NCBI GenBank assembly: GCA_007134875.1
Contig: SLJY01000109.1
Span: 6,555 to 70,554 of the forward strand
Length of the DNA: 64,000 nucleotides
Direction of reading: 5' to 3'
Origin: Desulfobacterales bacterium
Lineage (GTDB): Bacteria; Desulfobacterota; Desulfobacteria; Desulfobacterales; Desulfosalsimonadaceae
A program made the position numbers and the translations under genes. Below the pieces are notes generated by a model. That model saw only the letters and a list, made by a program, of their open reading frames with translations. It did not search any database and was not told the origin of the DNA. This document shows, one piece after another, positions 44,145 to 53,064 of this stretch. Positions within the stretch are counted from its first letter, which is position 1. The number at the start of each line of letters is the position of its first letter.

Positions 44145-45557
44145 ATGGCCCGTATAGCAATTGTCGATGATGAACCGGCCATTACGCGGATTGTCGTTCA
44201 TGCGCTGGCCGGCGAAGGGCATGAAATCCACTGCGCGCATACCTTGCGCCAGGGAATGGAGACCGCGGTACTGCATGCATGCGAGGTGGTAATCCTTGAC
44301 GTGGTGCTCCCGGACGGAAACGGTCTCGAAAGCATTTCAACGTTCATGGAGCTGCCCGGATCGCCGGAGGTGATTATCATCACTGGATTCGCTGAAAACG
44401 ACTCCGCGCAGGTTGCGCTTGAATGCGGCGTGTTCGACTATCTTCAAAAGCCCTTCAGCCAATCCGACGTGCGCCTGGCATGCACCCGTGCACTCGAATT
44501 CCGCAAGACCCGGAAGCAAAAATCCGGGCTGAGCCTTGTTCGGTGCGAAGAGATAGTCGGCGGCAGCCTTGCGCTAAGAAGCTGCCTGGAATCAGTGGCC
44601 AATGCGGCCGCAAGCAATCAGAACGTATTGATCACCGGCGAGACCGGAACGGGAAAGGAGTTGTTCGCTCGTGCGCTGCACGACAACAGCGCCAGAAGGG
44701 TTGGAAATTTCGTGGTGGTCGACTGCGCGGCAATCAAAAGCTCATTGATGGATTCCACGCTTTTCGGCCATGAAAAAGGGGCGTTTACCGGCGCAGACAG
44801 CCGACGGGAAGGGCTGGTCGAGCAGGCGGACAAGGGGACGCTTTTTCTCGATGAGATCGGCGAGTTGACACTCAAAGAGCAGAAGAAGTTTCTGCGGCTC
44901 CTGGAGAGCCGGCAGTTTTATCCTTTGGGGTCGAAGCGAAAGATTGACTGCGATTTCAGGGTGGTATGCGCAACCAACCGGGATCTGGATCAAATGGTTT
45001 TAGGCGGCAGCTTCCGGATGGATCTGCTCTACCGAATCCGCGGCCGCCACATCCATCTTCCGCCGCTTCGCGAAAGGCCCGTGGATGTGCAGGAACTGGC
45101 GCATTACTATACCGAAAAGATATGCAGGCGGATGCAGATCGAGCCCAAGCAGATATATCCGGAATTCATGGAAGCCCTTGCCGGCTACGACTGGCCGGGC
45201 AATGTGCGGGAGTTGACCCATACGCTGGACGATTGTATCGCAAGCTACCCGGACGACGCTTTCCTGCAGCCCCGCTACCTTCCGACCCGGATCCGTCTTG
45301 CGGTCAAGGACCTGGAGGAAAACGGCAACGGTGCGGCCACACCGCCGGAAAGGGGTTCCGGAGCCGAAAAAACCGCCGCGGATATGCTGCCGGACTGGAA
45401 AACTTTCCGGCGGCTGGCCCTGGACGGTGTGGAAAAAGACTATTACAGCCGGATTTACGAGCAAACCGGCGGGTGCGTGAAAACCATGGCGGAAGCATCC
45501 GGCGTTACCCGCGCCCGGGTGTACGACCTGGTTAAAAAGCACGGCATCGGCAGGTAA
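44145..45557 (+). CDS. sigma-54-dependent response regulator (canonical REC + AAA+ + HTH), no adjacent kinase
   Basis: ORF 44007..45557, with the start moved to ATG 44145 (MARIAIVDDEP; AAGAAGGGA SD). REC residues are DD / ILDVVLPD / IIITG / LQKPF. Also has GETGTGKE and GAFTGA. Confidence 0.88.
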   Translation: MARIAIVDDEPAITRIVVHALAGEGHEIHCAHTLRQGMETAVLHACEVVILDVVLPDGNGLESISTFMELPGSPEVIIITGFAENDSAQVALECGVFDYLQKPFSQSDVRLACTRALEFRKTRKQKSGLSLVRCEEIVGGSLALRSCLESVANAAASNQNVLITGETGTGKELFARALHDNSARRVGNFVVVDCAAIKSSLMDSTLFGHEKGAFTGADSRREGLVEQADKGTLFLDEIGELTLKEQKKFLRLLESRQFYPLGSKRKIDCDFRVVCATNRDLDQMVLGGSFRMDLLYRIRGRHIHLPPLRERPVDVQELAHYYTEKICRRMQIEPKQIYPEFMEALAGYDWPGNVRELTHTLDDCIASYPDDAFLQPRYLPTRIRLAVKDLEENGNGAATPPERGSGAEKTAADMLPDWKTFRRLALDGVEKDYYSRIYEQTGGCVKTMAEASGVTRARVYDLVKKHGIGR

Positions 45558-45585
45558 TAAGCCCGGGCAGAAAACCCTGAGCCGG

Positions 45586-45603
45586 GTGTCGGTGATTCGA
45601 CAC
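45586..45603. promoter_or_regulatory. palindrome GTGTCG-gtgatt-CGACAC (GTC-N8-GAC class)
   Basis: Perfect 6+6 inverted repeat 143 nt upstream of the sigma-54 promoter at 45746. Confidence 0.4.
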
Positions 45604-45745
45604 AGGTTGAGCGGGCATCCTGTGCGGCAGGGAAAAAGCAAAAAGTCCGGAAGGCAAGGGTGGATGCCCCGAGCGCTGCATTCCGTTGGATATTGGATAA
45701 TGACGGGTTTAATGACTTCATAACGGGACCGCCCAGAAGTTTGGC

Positions 45746-45761
45746 TGGTATGGAAATTGCT
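45746..45761 (+). promoter_or_regulatory. sigma-54 promoter for cheW plus EAL/HDOD
   Basis: TGGTATG-gaaa-TTGCT fits TGGYAYR-N4-TTGCW; 160 nt upstream of ATG 45922. Confidence 0.6.
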
Positions 45762-45870
45762 TATTATATGTGCGGTTGCAGTGGGGTTGCAATCGGGTTC
45801 CACCGGTGTACCGTCGGGCAACGCCCGCGCTGACGGCAGCGCTTCCCGGACGGTACACCCGGTTGGGTTC

Positions 45871-45921
45871 GGGCGGTTTTCGTTCATGCACTCAATATCA
45901 ATCAAGCAGGGAGACTTGCAA
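45871..45921 (+). promoter_or_regulatory. conserved leader cassette, copy c
   Basis: GGGCGGTTTTCGTTCATGCACT ... AGCAGGGAGA, ending at cheW ATG 45922. Confidence 0.5.
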
Positions 45922-46425
45922 ATGACGGCACAGCAGGCTGAAAAATCGGACAACCTGTCGGCACTGGCCGGGAAATACCTGACCTTCAATCTGGGTGAGG
46001 AAGGCTACGGCCTGGAGATTCTCAAAGTTCAGGAAATCATCGGCATTCAGACCATCACCAAGATACCGCGCACACCCGCATACGTGAAGGGCGTTATCAA
46101 CCTGCGCGGCAAGGTAATCCCGGTGGTCGATCTTCGCCTGAAATTCGGCATGGAAGAGCAGGCGTTCACGCGGGAAACCTGCATCATCGTGGTTCAGGTG
46201 ACGCGAAACGATACGTCGCTGGTCATGGGCATCATCGTGGACGAGGTGTCCGAGGTGCTCGATATTTCAGGCGGCCAGATCGAAGCGGCACCCACGCTGG
46301 GAACATCCGTGGACACCCATTTCATAATGGGAATGGCCAAGACCGAATCGGCGGTCAAGATTCTTCTGGATATCGACCGGGTGCTTTCCATGGAGGAAAT
46401 CGCGGCGCTGAACCAGGCCGGCTGA
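45922..46425 (+). CDS. cheW: chemotaxis coupling protein CheW
   Basis: ORF 45757..46425, with the start moved to ATG 45922. KYLTFNLGEEGYGLEILKVQEIIG...VINLRGKVIPVVDLR. Confidence 0.88.
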   Translation: MTAQQAEKSDNLSALAGKYLTFNLGEEGYGLEILKVQEIIGIQTITKIPRTPAYVKGVINLRGKVIPVVDLRLKFGMEEQAFTRETCIIVVQVTRNDTSLVMGIIVDEVSEVLDISGGQIEAAPTLGTSVDTHFIMGMAKTESAVKILLDIDRVLSMEEIAALNQAG

Positions 46426-46465
46426 CATCCTTACAGTTATCCCGTTTTTCGGAAAGAAAAGATCT

Positions 46466-47764
46466 ATGGTGATTCAAGCGGATACCGGCAGTTCATCGGA
46501 CACCGGGGAAGAGATTTATGAGCCCGCATTCGTGGCGCGGCAGCCGGTTTTTGATAAAAATTTAAGAATATGGGGCTACGAGCTGCTCTTTCGAAACAGC
46601 CGCGATGTCAATCGTGCCGAGATCGCCGATTCAGGGGTGGCCACGGCAAGCGTGATCATCGACGGCATCGCGCAGGCACGGGAGGGGCTCCCGCATGACA
46701 AGGCGCTGTTGATCAACTTTCCGAGAGCGCTGCTGCTCGATGACACCCCGCTTCTATTGCCTGAAAGCTGTATCATCGAGATTCTCGAGGATGTCAGGCC
46801 GGATCCGGAGGTGCTGGAAAAGCTCGAAGCGATAGGCGAGGACCGCATGCTCGCGGTGGACGATTTCACCGGGCGCACGGCGTATGAACCGGGATATGAC
46901 AGGATCCTCGAGCTCTCGGACATCATCAAGGTGGATGTCCTTTCCATGGCCGAAGAACGGGTGCGCGAGGTGATCGGGGGGCTTGCTCCTTTCGGGAAGA
47001 GCCTGCTGGCGGAAAAAGTTGAAACCCGGGAGGTGTTCCGCCAGACGTCTCGCCTGGGGTTTTCGCTGTTTCAGGGTTTTTTTTTCAGCCGCCCCGAAAT
47101 CGTCAAGGGCCGGAAGCTCTCGTCGAACCAGATCTCGAGGCTGCGCCTCATGCAGGAACTGGAGCAGCAGGAATTCGACCCCAAGGCGCTGGCCGCGGTT
47201 GTCGAATCGGATGTGTCGCTTAGCTACCGGCTTCTCCGGTATATCAATTCGCCCGGCATCGGTCTTTTGGCCCAGGTTCGTTCGATCCGGCACGCTGTTT
47301 CCCTTTTGGGGGAAAGGCGGATCCGGCAGTGGCTGCGCATCCTGATCATGGCGGATCTGAATTCCACGGACCGGGGCATCGAATTGCTCCGCATGAGTTC
47401 CATGCGGGGGTACATGCTTCAACTCCTTGCGGAATCGTATCCGTCTCCCATGGATCCCCATTCCATGTTCCTGACCGGCCTGTTCTCCGGTCTGGACGCC
47501 ATCCTGGATCAGCCCATGGGCCGGATCATGCACGACCTCCCCCTGGATGACCTGATCAAGAAAGCCCTCATGGGCGAGGCCGATGAGCCCGCCAGGTATC
47601 TTCAACTGGCCAAGGCCCTGGAAAAAGGCGACTGGCAGGGACTCTACCGCCTTTCCACCGACCTGGGCTTCCAAACCGACATTCTTGCCGGCCTTCACAT
47701 GAGAACAATGCGTTGGGGAGACGCCCTTCTCTCCGCATCCCTTTCATCCGGGGAAAAAGAATAG
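46466..47764 (+). CDS. EAL + HDOD domain signalling protein (YuxH-like)
   Basis: 432 aa with FVARQPVFDKNLRIWGYELLFR (ELL variant of EAL). The C-terminal HDOD-like half contains SLSYRLLRYINSP...IRHAVSLLGERRIRQW. Confidence 0.8.
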   Translation: MVIQADTGSSSDTGEEIYEPAFVARQPVFDKNLRIWGYELLFRNSRDVNRAEIADSGVATASVIIDGIAQAREGLPHDKALLINFPRALLLDDTPLLLPESCIIEILEDVRPDPEVLEKLEAIGEDRMLAVDDFTGRTAYEPGYDRILELSDIIKVDVLSMAEERVREVIGGLAPFGKSLLAEKVETREVFRQTSRLGFSLFQGFFFSRPEIVKGRKLSSNQISRLRLMQELEQQEFDPKALAAVVESDVSLSYRLLRYINSPGIGLLAQVRSIRHAVSLLGERRIRQWLRILIMADLNSTDRGIELLRMSSMRGYMLQLLAESYPSPMDPHSMFLTGLFSGLDAILDQPMGRIMHDLPLDDLIKKALMGEADEPARYLQLAKALEKGDWQGLYRLSTDLGFQTDILAGLHMRTMRWGDALLSASLSSGEKE

Positions 47765-47817
47765 CATCTTGAGAAGCCGGAAGCCCATGGCAATTTAAAG
47801 CCTAATTGTGATGCACC

Positions 47818-47956
47818 CATAAAAAGTCGCGATCCGGCGGCTTTGTAAAAAGTTCAAGACCATGGCTTGCTTAATTTCAAAGAATGCAGAGTGCTTGGCG
47901 TGCGTGAAATTCCGCGGAGTTGCGCGTAACACAGATATTGGACTTTTTACGGAGTC
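47818..47956. repeat. MITE-like repeat copy
   Basis: ...CGGCTTTGTAAAAAGTTCAAGACC ... GCGCGTAACACAGATATTGGACTTTTTACGGAGTC. Confidence 0.85.
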
Positions 47957-48034
47957 TTCATCTATAATTTAATGATATAAAAGGATATAATAACATATAC
48001 GGGTATTGGTGATTGTTGTTTTTTCATTTTGAGA

Positions 48035-48079
48035 CGGCTTCGTAAAAAGCACCTGATGGAAGGCTTTTTGCAAAAGCCG
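48035..48079. repeat. mini-MITE (the two terminal inverted repeats only, forming a hairpin)
   Basis: CGGCTTCGTAAAAAGC-acctgatggaag-GCTTTTTGCAAAAGCCG. Confidence 0.6.
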
Positions 48080-48104
48080 GTTTAATCTTCAGGAAAGGAG
48101 AGTC

Positions 48105-50021
48105 ATGCTCAAGCGATTCAATCTGAGAACGAGAATGCTGGTTTCCATTTGCGGGGTGCTTCTGCTGACGTTCGCCGTGATTCTGAGCATCGTGGTGCCC
48201 CGATCCCGGGATATGGCCTGGGATGGCGCGACCGAGCGGGCGGAACAGACCGCTAACCACTATGCCAGCCACGTGCGCGCGGAACTGGAAGTGGCAATGA
48301 ATGCCGCGCGCACGGCGGCGCAGGCTTTCGAAGGCATCAAAAATACGGCGGAAGAACCGGACCGGGAGATGCTAAACGGCATTCTCCGGCGGATCCTGGA
48401 GCGCAACCCGGATTTCATCGGAACGTGGACCTGTTAGGAGCCCGATACCCTGGACGGGCGGGACCTGCAGTATGCAGGGACCCGGGGGCACGACGATACG
48501 GGCCGCTTCGTTCCGTACTACAGCCGGGACGACAGTGGCAGGATCGGCCTGGAACCGCTCATGGATTATGATCAGTCCGGCGACGGCGACTATTACCAGC
48601 TCGCATTCCGAAGCGGCAGGGAGACGATCCTGGATCCCTATATCTATCCTATCGGCGGGCGTGACGTTCTGCTCACCTCCGTCGCCGTTCCGATATCTCA
48701 TAACGGGCGGACCGTCGGCGTCGCCGGCATAGACATCGCCTTGTCAGAATTCGAGGAGATGGTGGCGGATATCCGTCCCATGGAGACAGGCTCCGCCTCC
48801 ATCATCGCCAACAATGGCACCTGGGTGGCCCACCCCGCCGGCAACCGGGCGGGAGCCGATATCGGGAGTTCCGGGGAGTGGCGCGAAATCCGCAGGGCAG
48901 CGGCATCGGGGCAGACGTTTTCGACCATTCACCACTCCGAACATCTGGGCGCCGAAGCGGCCCGGTTCATGGTCCCGCTCACGATCGGGCAGACCGACAC
49001 GCCCTGGTCCTTCATGGTGAGCATACCCGTCGGCACCATCATGGAAGCCTCCGATGCCGTGCTCTACGCGTCCATCCTGGTAAGCGTGCTGGCTATTCTG
49101 ATCCTTTCCGGGGTGATCTTTTTCATTGCTAAAAGTATCGCCGATCCCATCAACAGAATATCCGGCGGGTTGAGCGAAGGGTCGAAGCAGGTGCTGTCTG
49201 CTTCCGAAGAGGTGTCCGGTTCCAGCCAGTCGCTGGCCGAGGGCGCTTCCCAGCAGGCTTCGTCACTGGAGGAAACGTCCTCATCACTTGAGGAAATGGC
49301 GTCCCAGACCCGCCAGAATGCCGAGAATGCGGATCAGGCCGACCGCGCCGTCCGGGACAGCGCGAAAATGGTGGAAAGCGGAGTCGAATCCATGACCCGC
49401 ATGGAGGCGGCTATCGGAGAGATCAAGGATTCCGCCGCGGAAACGTCGCGCATCATCAAGACCATCGACGAGATCGCCTTTCAAACGAATCTTTTGGCGC
49501 TGAACGCGGCAGTGGAAGCGGCGCGCGCCGGCGAGGCGGGCAAGGGGTTTGCCGTTGTGGCCGAAGAAGTCAGAAATTTGGCACAGCGGAGCGCCGATGC
49601 CGCCAAAAACACGGCCGAGTTGATCGAAAAGTCCCAAAACAACGCCGATAACGGGGTGCAGGTGGCTTCCGAGGTGTCCGGTCAGCTCTCCGGCATCCAG
49701 GAATCGTCGAAAAAGGTGGCGGTTTTGATCGCCGAAATCGCGGCCGCTTCAAAGGAGCAGGCCCAGGGGATCGATCAGGTTAACACGGCGGTGTCGGAAA
49801 TGGATCGGGTGGTCCAGAAAAACGCGGCCGATTCCGAAGAGACCGCTTCGGCGGCCGAAGAGATGTCATCGCAGGCCGCGGAAATGGAGCGGCTGATTGG
49901 GGATCTGGAGACGGTGATTGCCGGTAACCGCGCGGATCGGCAGACTATGCCGGAACCCGGACATTATCTGCCCGCACCGGAAAGCGCCGGAAGCAAACTG
50001 CTTTTTTGGCGGAAAGAGTGA
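48105..50021 (+). pseudogene. Cache-type methyl-accepting chemotaxis protein interrupted by one in-frame TAG (48435-48437)
   Basis: ORFs 48105..48437 and 48561..50021 share a frame, and the only stop between them is this TAG. Read-through gives TM1, a Cache-like sensor, TM2 and a canonical MA domain ([40 protein letters not shown]). Confidence 0.75.
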
Positions 50022-50211
50022 TGATACACATCCTGTATACCGCTGATCGGGTATTGCGTGTTCCAAGCAATTCGAAGGTATTCGGTATGAGCGAATTGTT
50101 CAAGGTTATGAGACAATGCGCATAATATATGTGCATGGTTTTGCCGTCATTTTATATTGAAGAAGGGGCTGAAACCGTACAATGCGTCGCCACCGTCCGC
50201 CGGTATACCGG

Positions 50212-50240
50212 TTGACAGGAGCGGCGCATTGCTTTATTAA
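50212..50240 (+). promoter_or_regulatory. sigma-70-type promoter for the HD-GYP operon
   Basis: TTGACA-N17-TATTAA. The 12-bp palindrome CCGGTATACCGG (50200-50211) abuts the -35. Confidence 0.5.
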
Positions 50241-50325
50241 AGAGCCTGCATATACTTTTTATGCTTTGCGTGATACGGGACAATTCACGCTAATTACAAA
50301 AAATAGAAATAAAACGAGAATTTAT

Positions 50326-51369
50326 ATGGTATTTTCCTCCGGTAAAAATGTTCACGCCGCGGCCGGTACAACCTCCCGGGGAGGAGATGACGGGGAAAGC
50401 GTCCTGGCGCCAGGCGACAATTATTTTCCCGTTTCGCCCGATACGCTCAACCCCGATTCCCTGACGGATTTCCAGGTGTATTTGCGGCGCGGCGGCCGCT
50501 TCGTGCTGTATACGAAAGAAAGGGAGCGCTTTTCCCATGAGCGCAAGGAAAGGCTCGTCGAAAGCGGGATCGATACGGTATATATTCCCTATCACCAGCA
50601 GTCTTCCTACGAAAACTATGTTTTCGACAATCTCGAGTACATCCTCCGGGATGAAACCATTCCCATCAAGGTCCGTTCGCGGGTGTTTCTGGATACCACA
50701 TCGAGACAGGTTGCCTCTGTTTTCGAAAAACGACTTCCCGCCCTGGGAGAGGACTCCCTCGAAAACATCCGGCACGTGGTATCCTCATCCCTTTCGTTTC
50801 TTTCGACGCCCGAGGCCATGGAAAACATCGGGAAGTTCGTTTCCCACGACTACCAGACTTTCACCCACAGCGTGCAGGTGTTTTCCTATGCCATGATGCT
50901 CATGCATGTTCTGGGGCGCGACACCGACGAGCGGCTGCTTATCGACGTGGGGATTGGGGCGATCCTCCACGATATCGGCAAGGTCCATGTTCCGACAAAG
51001 ATCCTGAACAAGCCCGGCAGGCTCAATGAAAAGGAGTGGGGGCACATCGTACTGCATCCGGTCCACGGCATGCGGATGTGTGCCAGCGTGGCGGTGTCGC
51101 AGACCAGTCTCAACTGCATCATGTTCCACCACGAAAAGTATAACGGCGCTGGGTACCCGTCGGGGATGAAGGAGAAGGAGATTCCGTTTTACGCGCGGCT
51201 CGTCGCCTGCTGCGACGTCTACGACGCGCTGACCTCGAAGCGGCCGTACGCCCCGGCCCGGGAGCCTTATGAAGCGCTGAAGATCATGGGCGGGGAGATG
51301 GACGGATCATTCGACCCGGAAGTTTTCACCGCCTTTATACGGATGCTGGGGGGCGGCATGAAGCCATGA
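50326..51369 (+). CDS. HD-GYP domain protein (c-di-GMP phosphodiesterase family)
   Basis: ORF 50182..51369, with the start moved to ATG 50326. ILHDIGKV ... HHEKYNGAGYPSGM (an HHExxDGxGYP variant with N in place of D). Confidence 0.8.
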   Translation: MVFSSGKNVHAAAGTTSRGGDDGESVLAPGDNYFPVSPDTLNPDSLTDFQVYLRRGGRFVLYTKERERFSHERKERLVESGIDTVYIPYHQQSSYENYVFDNLEYILRDETIPIKVRSRVFLDTTSRQVASVFEKRLPALGEDSLENIRHVVSSSLSFLSTPEAMENIGKFVSHDYQTFTHSVQVFSYAMMLMHVLGRDTDERLLIDVGIGAILHDIGKVHVPTKILNKPGRLNEKEWGHIVLHPVHGMRMCASVAVSQTSLNCIMFHHEKYNGAGYPSGMKEKEIPFYARLVACCDVYDALTSKRPYAPAREPYEALKIMGGEMDGSFDPEVFTAFIRMLGGGMKP

Positions 51370-52331
51370 CCGATACACGTTTTACGGAAACGGATAATAT
51401 AACGGGCGATATCGGCGCCGATTTTGACAAGTCCCGCCGTTCCTACCGGAAAATCATGCGCGATCTGTTGGTTCAGATCATTGAAAAGCAGGACTTCCCG
51501 GTTGCGGCCAGGCTCTTTTCCATGGCCTGCTTCACGTTTGAACTCGACTCCTTCGTTCACACCCACGGCTCGGCGTTGTGGGGGGAAAAATTCAACCTGG
51601 AAGTACACCGGGTGGCCGGAAACGGTTATGAAGCGCTGTGGTGCCAGGATTTCCCGGATACCGGCGCCATTGATCCGGTTCATCTCGAACGCCCCGTGGC
51701 CATGATCCTTTCTTTGTTTCAGGGAACGAAGGACCGGTGCCGGCCTGAATTTTTCCGGATGCTCGGGTCATCCATAGCCCTGCTTCAATCGGATGAACCG
51801 CCGGAGGACGCATCCGGTCCGGAACCATACATATCCTGCGCGCCGCCGCCGCATGCTTCCCGCCGGGAATCCTTTGCCCATTCCCCCGAAGCGCCCTCGA
51901 ATCCGCTTTCGCGCGGCGGGGGCCTTGCAGGCCTGTCGGATGAAAACCGGCGTGCGCTCACCATGGGGTTCTGCCGGCGCCGGAAGCGGCTTCACGAACG
52001 CCTGTTTACTGAACTTGAAACCGAAACCCGCCATTTCTGCGAGCGGATTCTCGGCTACAGGGATTTCGAGCGCTTCGAAAACCTGTTCGAATTCGTGCAG
52101 CGAATGGTGATCGACACGGCGCTCTTCCGGTTTTTCCTGATCAGTTCCCCCGCGATGGAAAAGATTGCGTCGAGCAAAACGGAGGCCACCGGAGCCGATT
52201 CCCGAATGGTCGCGGAGGATATTGCCGACACCATCGTGCGAGAGGAAAAAGCGGTCCTCGATCTGCAAAAAGTCCTGATCGAACAGCAGATGCGGAGCCT
52301 TGCCGAGACGACCCTGTTGATCCGCATCTGA
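51366..52331 (+). CDS. hypothetical protein, translationally coupled to the HD-GYP gene
   Basis: 321 aa with an ATGA overlap with the upstream stop. I recognise no motif in it. Confidence 0.55.
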   Translation: MTDTRFTETDNITGDIGADFDKSRRSYRKIMRDLLVQIIEKQDFPVAARLFSMACFTFELDSFVHTHGSALWGEKFNLEVHRVAGNGYEALWCQDFPDTGAIDPVHLERPVAMILSLFQGTKDRCRPEFFRMLGSSIALLQSDEPPEDASGPEPYISCAPPPHASRRESFAHSPEAPSNPLSRGGGLAGLSDENRRALTMGFCRRRKRLHERLFTELETETRHFCERILGYRDFERFENLFEFVQRMVIDTALFRFFLISSPAMEKIASSKTEATGADSRMVAEDIADTIVREEKAVLDLQKVLIEQQMRSLAETTLLIRI

Positions 52332-52404
52332 AATATTTGCCGGGGACCGGTTTTCCTGAACTTCCTGCTTTCCCCGCTGCCGTTTTTTTGCTATCAACAC
52401 GGCT

Positions 52405-52974
52405 ATGACGATTGCACCCGAACAGAACCCCGAACCGATATTTCCCGAGGACCTGCTGGAAGCGGCCGACCCGTCGCCGGCCGCGGATGCGGCAAGGACA
52501 TGGTACGTGGCCCGTGTGAAAAGCCGGCGTGAAAAGGCCCTGGCATCCTTTTTGTACAGGCGCTCCATCGGCTATTACCTTCCCCTGATGAAACGCCGCC
52601 AATCCGGCAGCAGCCGTATCCGCTACAGCCTGGTACCCGTATTTCCGGGCTACGTCTTTGTATTCGCGGACATCGAGGAGCGCTACAGCGCGTTTACATC
52701 CAACCATGTAAGCCGGATGATCGAAGTCAAAGACCCGGAAACCCTCCTGCAGGAACTTGGCCGGATCCACCGGACCCTGTCCGCCGGGCAGCCGGTTTAC
52801 CCGGTGGAATTCGTGAGCGTCGGCCGCCGCGTCCGTGTCAAATCCGGCCCCATGAAGGACGTGGAAGGGATCGTTGTCCGCAAGGACAAGAAATTCCGGC
52901 TTGTTTTAAACGTCACCACCATCATGCAGTCCGTATCCATCCAGATCGACGCCGACATGGTGGAGCCGGTATAG
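52405..52974 (+). CDS. NusG paralog (NGN + KOW; RfaH/UpxY-like specialised antiterminator)
   Basis: 189 aa. NGN segment WYVARVKSRREKALASFL...LVPVFPGYVFV and KOW segment GRRVRVKSGPMKDVEGIVV. Confidence 0.75.
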   Translation: MTIAPEQNPEPIFPEDLLEAADPSPAADAARTWYVARVKSRREKALASFLYRRSIGYYLPLMKRRQSGSSRIRYSLVPVFPGYVFVFADIEERYSAFTSNHVSRMIEVKDPETLLQELGRIHRTLSAGQPVYPVEFVSVGRRVRVKSGPMKDVEGIVVRKDKKFRLVLNVTTIMQSVSIQIDADMVEPV

Positions 52975-52990
52975 GGGATCATCGGCGCGG

Positions 52991-53015
52991 GTATTGTACT
53001 TTTTACGAAGCCGTC
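52991..53015. repeat. solo MITE terminal repeat
   Basis: TATTGTACTTTTTACGAAGCCGTCA. Confidence 0.6.
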
Positions 53016-53064
53016 AACCTGAAACCTGAAATGCTCACCACACCCGATCAAGGAACAGCATGTG

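Noticed and set aside
45558-45745. Possible riboswitch or sRNA (GGGCATCC…GGATGCCC long-range stem) after the second sigma-54 regulator gene.
   Set aside because: It lies upstream of the predicted sigma-54 promoter, so it is probably untranscribed enhancer DNA. I could not match it to any riboswitch consensus I know, including GEMM-I.
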